The notes under the pieces were generated by a model, which was not told where the DNA came from, did no database searches, and worked only from the letters and a program-made list of their open reading frames with translations. From assembly GCA_977030845.1 (NCBI GenBank), contig OZ365114.1, forward strand, positions 22,072,001 to 22,136,000: DNA of 64,000 bases. The letters run 5' to 3'. A program made the translations under genes and the position numbers. The DNA is from Fimbriosthenelais zetlandica (taxonomy: Eukaryota). Below are positions 27,341-41,548 of the stretch, piece after piece; the first letter of the stretch is position 1; every line of letters begins with the position of its first letter.

Positions 27341-30300
27341 AAATCTGTACTGCGGATTCATCACGCTTGCCAGACGAAAGATCACAGGCAGGTGATGCTC
27401 CAAACAGCCAAGTTGCAAAAAACTTCAAAGTACGAGGTCAACTTGTGTGAGTTCACCCCACTTCTTTCCTGCCAAATGCCTTTCCTGAAAAGATTCTGGT
27501 CATTCTTCAACATCGGCGACAACTGTATGTAGGCTAAAGGTATACTGTACATGTAGCCTTACCTCTCCCACTGACATTTCCTGAAGCATCTGCAAGAACT
27601 GACGTATGACAGTTGGATGTTTCAGTTTTGGTCAACTTCAAATACTTTCAAAACTTGGTATGATGATGCGCAGATGACTGTATCTGTGATCCTCTTGCTT
27701 TCATTGAATGTATTACCAGGTTTGTATATGGCCCAAGTGTACTCGGTGCCTTATGTTCTTGTTTATTTGGCAGGACATATCATACAGATATACCTTCAGA
27801 CGCTGCACATCTGTGCTTTACGTCTTATATACACAGGATCCCGTCCAAGGAAGCAATTGGTTCCGAAATTACTTTGGCCTGCATACACAACAGACTTTGT
27901 ATATATGTTCTACACGGTGGAAGGTTCCTGGGGAGAAAGCAAGTATAAGCATCTCAAACTATGCTTGAATTCGGTCAGAATAGGTTCATTCCACACAGGA
28001 AAATGATGAGAAAAAACATTTAAACTGATGTACAGCCTCGTGAGTCATAGAAACATGTTTAGGTATTATGGAGCATTCAAGTTTTTGACCACCGAATACA
28101 ATAAAGAACCAGATTAAATATGGCTGAAACTACCGGAAACAAGTGCAAGAGTTTCCATGTATCCTCCACCATCCATTAGAATACAGACAATGACCACACC
28201 ATTACAACAAAATACATGTCTGTCATGACATGTGTTCACTCACTCATGGGATGCCATAAATAAATGAATCATCAGTCCCATGCACACACTCTTGGCCCAA
28301 TTCATAATCTTACTAACCCAGGGGGCCTCATGCTGCATTAGATTTCCTTTGAGATGAAGTGTTTTAATTGGTTGGTAATTAGATTATTGATGGCAATGAT
28401 ACTACCAGGGCTTATGGCTGTTAATGATCGCCGAATGGCCCAGTGAACAGGCCATGGACAGACTCAGGCGTGTCAGGCTTGCATGTGTTCCAGTATTTTT
28501 GCTCGGAAAAGGACATAAATACGAGAAGAATATTGTAATCATCAGTTGGGGTATCATTAGGGAAGAAATATGATGCATATTGGTGTATGATTTATAGGCT
28601 GCAGAATGCCCAAGACTACATTTTTTTTGCCTACGCGCAGCACACCGTATATCAGAGCACAAAGGACCACGGTATGGCAAGTGTCCTTGGGAACTATATG
28701 GGGAAAAAATATAAATACAATTTTCACATTGAAGGTCCAACAGTGGTAACAATTTCTTTATGATTCACCAAGTTGTAATTACAAAATTTGGTTCTGGATG
28801 ACAAGTACTATAGGTTGGGGTTTGCTTCCTACCCGAAAGCTGTAAGTACCAGACATTAGATTGGATGGTGTCAATTATTAATTGGGCATGTCGCTCTTGG
28901 CACGCTCAGGCTTTTGTCCCATCTTCCCCACTCATTACATAATCTATTGATGACACTCCAGCCCTTTGCTATCCTGGTAAAACTATTACTGACTGAAAGA
29001 AGGGCATGTGACTTTGCATGTTGGTCAGCCACATCAGAAAAACATCCGTTTTCCTCAATTAATGCTGTTGTGATGTCAGGAATAGTTAAAATTGCTGCAT
29101 TAGCAATAAGTCCTGAATTTTTCCATCCTTGATAATAATTTCAAATGCATCAGCTTAAAGTGCTCTCCTTTCGGCTCATGCTTAATGTAGTCGTATTGGT
29201 CCCATGAGAATTTGCATATTCCGTATGCAGCGGAGGAAGGTGCAAATGTCTGTGCAGTCAAATGACTCTGAGTCGTAATATCTCACTTGATATGCTTCAA
29301 ACTCGTTATCGCATGTATCAATAGTGTACAGAGATGTGTGAAGCCAATAAATATATTGAACACTTTGTATTGTATGGCGGCATGAAGTCACTCCAGTTCA
29401 AGCGGGAGTATATTTTCCCCTGTGGCATCCACATCATCCTAATTCTGTTTACATCTGACTTCTATGGATCAATGAGCATCATCCCGTCAGGAAAAGAACT
29501 TCTTTACAAGAAAATTCCATGCATTGCAATTATTTACTTAGACTATGGACCATTCAGGTGCGGAGGCCTGGGGGTTGCAAATCGTGTTACCCCGAAGACT
29601 TCAGTACTTAAGAATGGTCCAGGCGTAGTGCATGTTATTTGCAGGGCGTCCACCAGAATTCCCATGTACTGATGACAATTTGATGGTTCCTGTTGCTGAA
29701 CTGTTTCAGACAATAAGATAACTGAACCCCACCCCATGTACATCCGAAAGAAAGTAGGTGGCAATTGTGGGACCTATCGCTCGAAAAAAAATGTCTAAAG
29801 CTATACAAAAGGTATACCATGTCCCAGTTACCGACGCCCCTATATAGGCTGTGGCATTATATATTAAGCATAATTAATACGAATACAGTGTTTTACCTTG
29901 TTTCGTGGTATCTATTACTTGTATTCTCTTGAGGGAGCCTGAAATTGGAGAAAGGGAGATCGTTATAAACTGTAAATTTGTCTAACATTAAGTGTCAGAA
30001 ATATCTTCTAAATAGGAAATTTTAAGTGAAAATACCATAATGTTTCCATAATATTTATGGGTCTAAATCTACGATCATGTTTGCTTATTCGTTGACTTTT
30101 GCCTGCATTACCATAGTATAGACTGGGTATATATGCATGCGCCAAATGTAGAAAAAAAGGTGTATAATCTGCAATGTTTTAGTTGTCGACAAACTTTGCC
30201 ACTATGCATTTATCCATGCTTTATATCGCTTCTTCCTGGAGGCCTATAAATGATTCATCAAACCCACCGCCTTAAACAAACAGGATCGTAATTAAACGCC

Positions 30301-33300
30301 AAAACTAATCAAGTTTGGACTTTATTTGATTTCACAATGAGGAAATGAACAATTCATCTTCTCAACAAATTAACACAATCCTACTGCCAAAAGAGATCTC
30401 CATGCTTTTTATTGGCGTTCTCCTGTCAAATACCAATTGTCAATCCATCTTAGCCACTCCTACCACCTGCAGATAGTTTACACATTCATTGCTATGGTAA
30501 CCAGCAATTCATCACCCTTTCATTAAAATTTGCTTTCAAAATATTTTCAATGCCTTGCGTTTGCCTCAAGGGAATAGCTGATATTACCACAATCCGTCTT
30601 CTGTGCCATTTTCTGGTATTTTCTAGACTTACTGCAGGACGAATATGGCTGTGTTGGGTCTCACTGCATAGCTCAAGGACCAGTACCCATCCTTTATGGT
30701 CTCTGGCATGAAACAAGAGCGTCCTTTACAATTGTATTGTCACCATCTTGATAGTACTGTCGCCTAAGGAAGAGAGGAATACTGCAGTGTCAGGCTAGAG
30801 GAATCACTTGGGAGTTAAGTGAACACCTCTCCAAGAAGTAAAATAGCCAGCTAGGTGTTCATATTTCAGTCAGGAGACCAAAATCATGCCACTTTCGCTT
30901 TGTCTTCGTGAATTGCCATACTTTGAAACTGTGGCAAAGCATGATCACGGATTTAATCCCTATGGAAGAACCATGATATAATATATACCTCCATAATGTT
31001 CAATGCACCTATCACAACAGATATTCTTGCAGCTTACCGTGTCCTACAAGTATTAGATCACTCATACTTATACAATGTACTATACTAACAACTGTTTCAA
31101 GCACACCAATTTGACCTCCCTGTATGCTTAGAGCTGGACTTGATCTATTGATCCTTGGAAGGCTGACAAATGTGGACAAAATCCAATTATGGATTGCTGC
31201 CTTTCACACATGACATAAGAAGCAGTCAATCGATACATAAGTAACCATATGTATACAATGAGTGAGAGAGTCCTCATCTCGTATCCACGGAAATGCAGTA
31301 GAATGGACAGGAATTCTACTTTGTGCTGGTCACCTCAGTCTTCATTTCTCCAGTTTGTGGCCCAGTCAGATTTTATATGACTGAGTGAGACTGGCATCGA
31401 CAGTACCTAGAAAGCTGGCCTTAAAGAAGGCAGACTCCAATTTCCGCTAAACACCGATTTTCGACCCAAACCTGTTAAGGAAGCCAGTGGTCAATGTTTA
31501 ACTGATCCAATCCATTAAAGAATGGTCCAGGGGTAGTGTCATTTACAGCAAGTCCACAAGAAGTTCCATCAATGATAATCTAATACCTGTTGCCGGACAA
31601 CATTCAAGTTTAGCCTCTGTTGCCTTGAGGAATGTATGGTCTTGCATATTAAATTTTGATAAGAGCATGTGCTTGAGATTTATAAACGCATTTCAACATT
31701 GACTGTTGTCCGAATTTCTCGATTCAGATACTTCCAAATGATACCAAACCATCCACATAATATTATCAAATTGGTTATAATGAGCAGCTGCCAGACACTT
31801 ATGTGAATAGTTTCTCAATAATTATGTGCAGTTTATATATGCATCCATTTTGATTAAGCAAATAATTGCCAGAAAAGCGAATCCCAAGATAAATCTATGC
31901 CAAATGGAAGGGAAATTATTGCATATAATAATCAGGCATATATGACTTTATAAATGCTATCTTATATTGTGCTTATTGACTCACTTTCTATTAGTCAGGG
32001 GCATCTTTTTTTAGATTTCCTCTTCATTTTCTCTCATGCACTATCATGCCTGATCTTGACCGAGGACCTGGCATCAGTATGCTGACGCACGGCGACATAT
32101 AAGGGAGGCAGAGGACACATTTGACGGAGGCCTGTTATTTTAGTAGAGGACAGCTGTCACACACAAGGCCTTTTTTCAGGTCATTAGTGTATATGTGAGG
32201 GGGTTGTTGGTCATTAGCTGAGTGTTCTTCTCTGGGTATATGGCATGAAGTCAGTGACGGCAGATTCCCATTGGCAGCAAGGTCCAACTGACTGTCCAGT
32301 TAAAGCACCCGGATGGTTAGGCGCCTTTAGCGAGAGCATCTGAAGAGAATGTACTCGTCATCAACGAGCCTTTAACAAATCCCGTACTGAAGGCCACAGC
32401 AAGCCGCAGCAGCAGCACAAATTAAATGTATGCCTTTTAACTATTCCCATTTGCTCCAAAGCAAGAAAGGGTTGAATAATACACTCAAATGTACTCATAA
32501 ACAGGTTTTTGTTTGTACCATCTATCACGCAGTAATCCAATTCCCATCAGGAGTTGAAGGGCCATAAAGGACATTTCCAACACTCGAGCTCCTTCTGTTA
32601 ATAGCTGAGGCGGTATTCTGCCTGACAAGAGGCACCATGTGGCCACTAGTGCCCATATATGCTGTGTTGATATACACAAGGCAGTCTAACTATAAAAAGG
32701 CCACAAATTGATTAGGGTCTCCTGGCTTTTACCAGCAGATCGACACAAAGCTATATATCAGGACCGGGTCATTTAGCTCTACTATAGGGCCCATACTATT
32801 ACTGTCTTTACTCCATGCCACAGTACGAACGGTGCTCATAGTTTCCTAAAATCGATTGAGAACGATTGAGATCGATTGTAGGCCTTGGGATCAATTGGAA
32901 ACCAATGCATAAGCGATGTTCAGTGTGCCACTTGGATTTGTGTTGAGTGTATATGGAAAGGAGAATTCCCTGTCGTTTGCTGAAGAGAAGTGTTCGCAAA
33001 ATCCTTCTGGTTCTTGTAGCGAAACGGGGGCTCAACAGAAGTGGCTATTGGGATCTCATACAGAGAAGAGGAATTAGGACTTAGATAGCCCCACCAGCCC
33101 AGACTGAGGTCCCATACACTGGCTATTGAAAAAGGCACTTTTTCTCCTTGTGCCCAACTAGTTCTTCATTGGAAAGTGTGGAAGTCCCCAGCCAGTTGTG
33201 CTTCAGGAAAAAAACCCATTTTCGCACAAGACTATTATTTTGTGGACATATGGAGCAGCTAAGTCGGAAAGGCATTCAATTTTTCTGTGACGCCCTCGAA

Positions 33301-35832
33301 TAAAGCATCGTTTGGTTAAGTCTCCTTGCTGTGGACAGTAGGGAATAATATCCAAGTTCTACAATTTCAACTATGTATATAATAAAGTTGAGGCAATGTA
33401 AAATGCTCTTTCCCATCATGAGGCTCTTACCCATTCATTTAATAGCCTTAATCTTCAGGTACCCATCAATTTAAGCATTATAAAAATATTTCGAATGAAA
33501 ATATAGCACGATGGGGTTATGATCTGGCAGCTTTATATAAGGAAAGAACACTAAGCATTTGGAATGGTGCTAACCTGCTTGTAGAGGATCTGTGCTATCG
33601 AGTCTACTATCTTGTTACTAAGGCAGACCAAGCCCAAGAAAAAAGAAGGCAGCACAAAGTGGTAGTTAGAAGTATTGATCCATCTAGATTGAGCTATTAC
33701 AAGTCTGATGAGCAACTCACAGAAGGAGATGGTATCTTATACTTCATATAATGAGATTTTAATTGTTCAGACATATTAATCATCTAGATAGGCAGCTCCC
33801 TCCTCTACCTTCTTGTACTCCCTATTCTGATGCGTTTTGGTTCTTTGCGTTATATGTTAAGTCATATACTTGTTCATCATAGTTGAGCAACCAATGTACA
33901 GTATATGACCTACAAATTATTATCATAAAAAAGTGTAGGTCATTTGATACAATATGCACTAACAAAAAGTGCAGTAGACCGTTCATATTCTCCCTTGGAT
34001 TTAATACATCTGACAACCTTGAGGCGATCATTACTTGTATCTTAAATATGTTTGCTTTTTCTTTTAAGTCGAGATAAAAGAACGAGTTATAACATGGGGT
34101 GATGCACATGGTCGTGTTTCCCAATGGACTGTAATTAGTGAATATGCCAAAACCCCAGGGGCTGGTTGCTATAGCAATGAGAATATCATAATTGGAAAAT
34201 GGATCATATAAAAGGATGGCAGTCATGGTTCATTAAATGGGAAAAAGAATTGCTCTGATCTTCCTCGTGTTGTTGCTCTTGCCAATTGACTGTCAATTCA
34301 ATGTTACAGGCCTAGTTCCGCCTTTACAGCTGCCCAGCCTATAAGACTAGCAACTGGATACCGTTTCATGTAATAGGGTGTATTAACTGAAGTGATCCAG
34401 TTGCCTGGGTGCCTGAACTGCCTTGTTATTAACTGAGCTGACCCAGCAGCATCCGTATATATATATGGTAATTAGAACGCCTTAATTAAGAACCTCATAA
34501 TGACCATCAACAGTCAATAGTCACTTGTCAAAAGTGGACAGGAAGGAGAACATGGTTTCCTGAGAAGAATAAATTTAAACATCCGTAACATTAAGGAATA
34601 TTGATACTTTAAGCGTACAAGGAGCCTAGAGAGTGACACCAGACCTAGTATTATCTACCAACATCATGATTTATTCAGATATTCCACACCCTACTTTATG
34701 TAGCCCTAATCTAATAAGTTCGCTTCATTCAACTGAGCCTTTGAGCAAGTTGCAGGCACAAAGCGATGGCACTCACACATGTTGGATTGAGGGAAATGTC
34801 AATATAACCCAGGTCGTTGAGTACTATATACACGCTTTATCAATCCATACCTCTTTAGTATGACCTGTTCTCAGTCCTTCAGGGATTGTAGGTACAAATC
34901 CAGAGGACTGAAACACTGCATGTACTTGCATCGACTGATATTAGATAATAGGGGGATAATGCTTTAGCATATGGTTATAAAACAGACCACTGCTCTATGT
35001 ATATTTTTCTATCTATAAATAATAATTGTTTAATAATAATCTGTAGATTATATAATATAATATATATATATATAAGATTTAAAATCAACAATCTATACTA
35101 TTCATTCTATACTACATTATTATTACTATAGATTACTGAAAATAATTGTTACTATTATATATTATAATAGAATACTTTGTTTAAATATTTAACACCTACC
35201 ATATTAATTAATTTCACCATTACATTAAAGATAGCAGCCTATAATATATATATGTGTGAACTGTAGGACCTGTTGCTACAAGGACTTTCCAAGAAACCAT
35301 GTGGCACTATAAAAATTCCTCTTGATCAGTATCCCACGACCCGCAGACAATGCCCACTACGACCTCCAGAGGACGCTGGATAAGGGGGTTGCCACTTTTC
35401 TCACAGGAGGATAGCTACGCAATACAAACACCCATGTCAAAAGTTATAGCATCTTGGTCGGAACTATAAATAAGACTATAAATTGTACTAAAAAGCGTCA
35501 CAGTGCTCACAGTTAATTATATGGATGTTAACAAATAAACGACAAATATATTAAATGGCTATGTACTTATGGACCTTATGATAATTGTAGGAAAGAGAAT
35601 GTTTTTAAGTATTTCATAGATTATATATTTATACACTAATTATAATCTGTTATCACATGCACCAAATAATGAGAATTCTAGACTTAAAATTATAGGTCCC
35701 TTAATTAAATTTCTATTTCCAATTTATATACCGTTACACAATGACACCACATGTAAACATGTAATGTGCTTGTTTAATTTCATTGTAATATAATAGGAAA
35801 CTCCCCTACACAGGGACGGCCCTAAAGGCTTA

Positions 35833-35961
35833 AGCCTGGATTCCACCTCTCCGATTATCGGGTCAAAATCGATCGGATCCGATTTTTGTAGGTCTTCTTG
35901 CCTACAAAAAATCGGATCCGATCAATTTTGACCCGATAATCGGATAGGTGGAATCCAGGCT
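35833..35961. mobile_element. Fully palindromic 129-bp MITE, PIF/Harbinger-like
   Basis: Termini agcctggattccacc...ggtggaatccaggct, near-perfect fold-back around loop tcttcttg, flanked by TTA on both sides (35830-32, 35962-64), the TWA target duplication typical of PIF/Harbinger. Confidence 0.85.
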
Positions 35962-38900
35962 TTACACATGCCGCAGGATTTTTGAGAGCCTGCCCTTCTT
36001 CCTGGACACTGTTCAGGGGAAGGAGACCGTCTCTTAGTGGGGGGCACTATACCGGAAAAAGGCTAGGATGTGCCGATGAAATAATTATTATTAATTATTA
36101 TTAATTGATTGGTCCTGCGAAATGAGACAACTCTAATTCTTGCCCTTGGTTGTCCTATGGCAAGATATTAAAAGTTTAAATAAAATCTGGGAAATGCTGT
36201 GTGATTGCTCGGACTTTTAAAATGAATAGACCAGGCTGTATACCATTCAATACATTGGCTTTAAATCAGTACTATATAAAGTTAGGCTATAGATCTGTAA
36301 TGGGAGGCAGGAACTTGGGTAGCGGGACATTGGGACACGTTTCGGTGCAGCAATCCGAGTCGCGCGGTTTCTCTATCCATAATATTGTGCCCCGCTATGC
36401 CCCGCATTGTGCCCCGCTATTAGGATGTAACTTATGCATACATTCGATTATTGTCAACTTGACCATCAACTATTGTCAACTTGAGGAAATTATGATCACA
36501 CTATAGGTCAGTCGTGTCGGAAGGCGACTATATGCATAATTGTCTTTTGTCTTAAAAGGGAAGAGCAATGGGGGCAGGTGCAAGGGTGAGATGGATACAG
36601 ATGAAGGATTGGGGGATACCACATATATATGTTTACTTCCTGTTCATATAATCACAACTAATACTATATAGCAACAACATGATGCCATCCCATGCAGACA
36701 TCTTCAGTGCGGCATACACCTTCCTCGGCATCTTCACTGAAATGGCCTTCAGTTCAGTTTACCACCAGTGACCAGTGACAGGGTTGCTAAGCTCAGCCAT
36801 CGTACCAGACCATATAATTTATCTATACAGAGGATCTCTTTCAATACAAATCAGTACTTAATTCCCTCTATATAGTATACATTGTGAGGGTCCTAATGTA
36901 CTGCTGGGCCCAGGGCATAACGGGACATCACTGCGCTCTATGCAGCTGCTACTTCAGATGCTCTCTTTCAATTCATCTCTACTGAAATGACCTTTGTATG
37001 CTTCTCTTTATTTAATCTTCAACCCCTTACTTGGTCTATACTGTCTTCTGCATAAAGAGTCGTCGAACTCCCAGTTTTATTCAAATCCGGCAAATACGGC
37101 AATAGAATATATTTTCTAAAGTGTTTCTATAATACGGTAGGAATTCTCCGGATTATACTCAAGAGAAATGGGCCCAAGAAAACACGGAATGACAACCTAG
37201 TTTGCTAATTAGCAATCATTGTCTTTGCATAATAATTCAGAACCAAAACATTTTAATGGCATCGATCTGAAAAGACCTGAATCGACTGGATGTAACGTTT
37301 CCTCCTTTATTCCAACTACCCTCATGATAACTAGGGGAGAAAAATAAAGATCAAAGAGAGGGAAGGAACACCCTCCTTCCTGATGCCCTTTTGACTGGGG
37401 ATGCGTTTGCTTGAATAAGCTTGTTTCTCAATCACCCTGACCCCTTCTGGGAGCCCAGCGTTTTACATTTATTGCTCGTAAACCTACCATAACATCTCCA
37501 TGAGTCACAATAGCATGAAGCCCGTGTCCCAAGCCAATGACAGATGAAGCAACCTGCACAGAGAAATACACGCAATATTTTATTCCTACTAAGTAATAGC
37601 AGGCCACATGAGTATAGTTTCCGTCCAAGGTATGGATGGACTTCCTTGGGGACCAAAAAGGGTTTCTGCAGGCAGCGTATAAAACGTATGCACATTATTC
37701 AGCAATGGAACTATTTCAAACTCTGGAGATGTAGGCTTCATGAATGTTGAGAGACATGCAGTCTGAGCTTGGCATGTACTGGGAGTCAATTTAGGATAAA
37801 CACTTGGGTTCTTCCTAATGAATTTAATGAAAAAGAGCATCACGTACAAAGTGTCAAGAGTTCCTTATTCTTTGACATTGGGTATATGTGCTCTTCTAAC
37901 CTTAGGTCATATCATTTGGTCATTTGCCTCCAAGGTCAATGACACTGGAGTTGCCATCTTGAATTAAGATAGGCCATCTCCGACCTGCCTTCCCGGGATC
38001 TAAATTGGAGGGTTACCTTCTCATCCATCAATTAGGCAAATAAAATTGGGAAGGCTGTACCCCAGCCCTGCCATCAACGGCCTGCGTTAACACATGGAGA
38101 TGATCCGGACAGCAAAAAATCAGGGACAGTCGTCAGATGGCTAGGTGTCCAGCAATGGAATTAAGACTGCTCTTACTTCCATCAAATGTCATTCTAGCAG
38201 TAAATTAAATTCTGCACTGTACCTACGAACACCAGAGAGTCTCCAGTTGAATTGATCTTGACAATACTGACGATGTTAGAGGTACCGTGGTCTATAATGA
38301 CAAAGCTATACGAAGGGAATGGATATTTATATCAGCACAAGCCTGTAATTTTACATCTTTAATCAGAAATGCTTTTAATTTAAATACATTTCTGCTATGC
38401 ACAGGCACTCAGGGCAATGAATCCATTGATTCCTCTATTCATGAACCAGGCTAGTAATGACCACTTCTTCCTTGATTTACAAAGCAAGATTAATATGAAA
38501 CACCCGAGTCAATGACGGAGCTATGGGAAGGCATCAAATACTCCTTCAGTAGAACATTACGCCATAGTTTGTAATAATAGACCAAAGCATATGGTACCGT
38601 TCTCTTTTGGAGCTGCTCGATAATTAACGGTCAGGATTATGAGAAGGATCTTGTAATGAAGGATCTTGCATGACGGACTGACTTGCGTCCATTGCAATAT
38701 TATAGTCAAAATGTTTTATAACACACTATGCTATAAAATCAATTTTTCAGCTCTGAAATTGGGATAGTCCCTGTCCACCTAATTCTGGGGTGAATGCCCG
38801 GTTTAATGGTGGGAGGTCCCCAATCAGTGGCCAAGATTGCAAGAAATCTATCACCTCTGAAGCGAAAAAAAATTAGTCTATGGTATAGTGAACCGCCGGC

Positions 38901-41509
38901 ATGGTCCTTGATGGCATCTGCAACCCTGGCAAATAAGGGCATGGAGCCTTTTCATTATGCAGGTTGAAGGACATGTCTTTGTGGATGCTTTTCCTAGTGA
39001 AACCAAGAGCGATGCCCGTTATGTACCCATGTCAGCAACCCCAGCATGCACAGCGGATGCTACTTCACCAAATGAAGTAATATAGACTCAGGCCACTGTC
39101 TCCAAAGTAGAAGCGGTAAACATTGGTCGGATGATGGCTGGCGGACTGGACATTTAATTGGATACCATAGCATTGTGTGATAGCCTGGGTGTTAGATTCA
39201 TTCTAACTGGCATGGGAGAGCCTAGGAGGACTTCACGCTTCATGTCCTGTGACATCCCAAGCAATTGCTCATCCCTGTGATATAGACTGAGGGGTCATGA
39301 ACAATCCATTTGATTGCCATCCTCATAATATTGTTCCAGATATTGCACAAGTGTAAGTTATTAGAATAATGCCCGCCATGCAAGGCAAAGCTTTTGATAT
39401 TATCCAGATATCTATGGACTGATCAAAAATCAATATCAATATAGATATATATCCATTACGGTTTTTATACATTTCAATGCAATAAAGGAAGAAAATCATA
39501 GGCCTATCTCTTTCTCATTTCATATACAGGACAGGTCTATTCCTTTGGGGGTTCTTTTCAATACTTCCATGACCATTAGTGCATGGCATTGTCCTATCTA
39601 CGGAGTAATTGAATAACAGTCCCCTTGGGAGATGTGAATGATAGTTGCGAGCTATCTCTTGTCATTGGGCTTATACTTACTGATGCCTATATGGCATGTT
39701 AGGCTCCTTGTTGGTATACATGCTCATCACTGAACAATGTCAGGAGAGGGTGGCTGAGATACGTACATGGAAGGCACATATAAAGTTATCAGCAGCTGGC
39801 CGAGCCATGACAAGCTTACGTGATCTCTGATGTGAAGGCATACTATAGTAAGATTATTCAAGTAACTATAGAAATCATCTAGCCATAGACCTCACACTAT
39901 ATTAACACCAAAAGAGACATGGCTAATACAATTTGCAGGCATCATTCTGTCTCATCAACTTCTGGTGTTGCACGAACTATGTTCAGTGGATGGTACCACG
40001 CTCAGTTAAAAATTATTCTTCGAAATGTTTTGCTCATATTTCATTTCATTAATTAATAGTAAAATTGAGCAAAAGGAGGCGCTCAACAAAAATGTAAGCG
40101 AGGAAACAAATTCGGGAATCACCGTAGAGAGGAATAACTCATTTCCCAACTACAAAACCGCACCGTTCCCGCAATGAATCTATGGGTGGGTGTCCATCCA
40201 AAAGACACCAGTCAGTGGGGCACGAGCTGCCTTTACTTGCCCTCCTTCCATGCACCCCTCATAGATAGCAAATCATGACCCTTATCTGATTGGTATTCAG
40301 AAGACGCACACAGCGATTAGCCTGAGATAAGGCATTCCCCAAACACTCCTTTTGTTAAACCTGATAGAAACCAAGTACCGGTACCAACTTAATTCCCTGC
40401 AAAATTAATCAAATACCCGGAACATTGTCGTTATTCACTTGAATGCAGATCTGTATAAATACACCAAAATCCACATTAAGCATTTTATACATTGGGTAAG
40501 TATTCTAGAAGGGTTTAGCCATGCTGCATCTACAGGCTCTTTTCGAAAGGAGTCTTCTTATCTAACAGCTGCCTGCAGGGCAAGCATACCTTGCATTTGT
40601 TAGGTTCAACTAACCAGCAACTATTATTTTAGGGCGGATATAAGTTGGTCTCAGACTACAGGCCATAGAATACATTCATACTAGTATATATCCAAAGTGG
40701 ACAGAACATGAAACCCACACTCAACAAGAAGTGTCATCATGGATAATCATCAGTGAGCCAATATCCCCGATTTGCTCCAGTTTCTATATTGTTTGCACAA
40801 TGGTAGTATGAATAGAGAACGGATAGCAGTAGACACCAAGATATATTTATCCTGTCACTGCTTTATTGAATGTTACTATAACAGAACGGGATGACACTAC
40901 AGGTCTTATCACCCGTACGTGGTGAGACATGGACACACCAATGTGGACAGGGTCACATCCAGCCTTTGTCCCTTCTAGGATACATCCCTCTATAAAATAT
41001 CTATTGTAATGTCCCACTAAAGCCACACAGCAAGCAACCTGTGTCAGCAGCGTGGCTTGAATAAACTCTTAATGACATAGAGGACCACTATATAGCGCCG
41101 TTAATTCTGGGTCTGGCTACCAGTCACCATGTACACACATATATACACATCAGCGTGTAGGAAAACATGGCGAGCTGCTCACTGCCAACTGCAGCCCTCA
41201 TAGAGTGGCTCAACTCCTCCTACTGCCTGACAGAGTGTATAATAAGCCAGGAATAAAGAGGAAAAATATATGGTTCATGTATATCCAACTCTAAACATAA
41301 ACCGCCTCTTTATTGCTTATAGTATGACATTGGTGTCCTTTTCATATTCTGGAAATTGCATTTCTGTCCTAGCCCAGTTTTCTAACCGCAGCTCATGGCC
41401 ATGCAGGACCCCGTTTGTATCAATCAGACCTCCATTAAAAACAGCAGTAGTTACTAGGCAAGTGATGTCCAGAAGGTAAACATTCTGTGTATTATTATTC
41501 CCCGTGTAA

Positions 41510-41548
41510 GGGGGTGGGTGGGTGGGTGGGGAGGGGGGGGGGGGGTGG
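41510..41548 (+). repeat. G-rich (GGGT)n/poly-G tract, potential G-quadruplex
   Basis: gggggtgggtgggtgggtggggagggggggggggggtgg read directly. Confidence 0.7.

Noticed and set aside
35000-35250. Extremely AT-rich stretch
   Set aside because: Low-complexity (TA/TAA) sequence without defined structure.
38310-38321. HSLR on the minus strand (tyrosine recombinase box II-like)
   Set aside because: No following G/A-rich helix, H/W or catalytic Tyr; a stop follows within a few codons.
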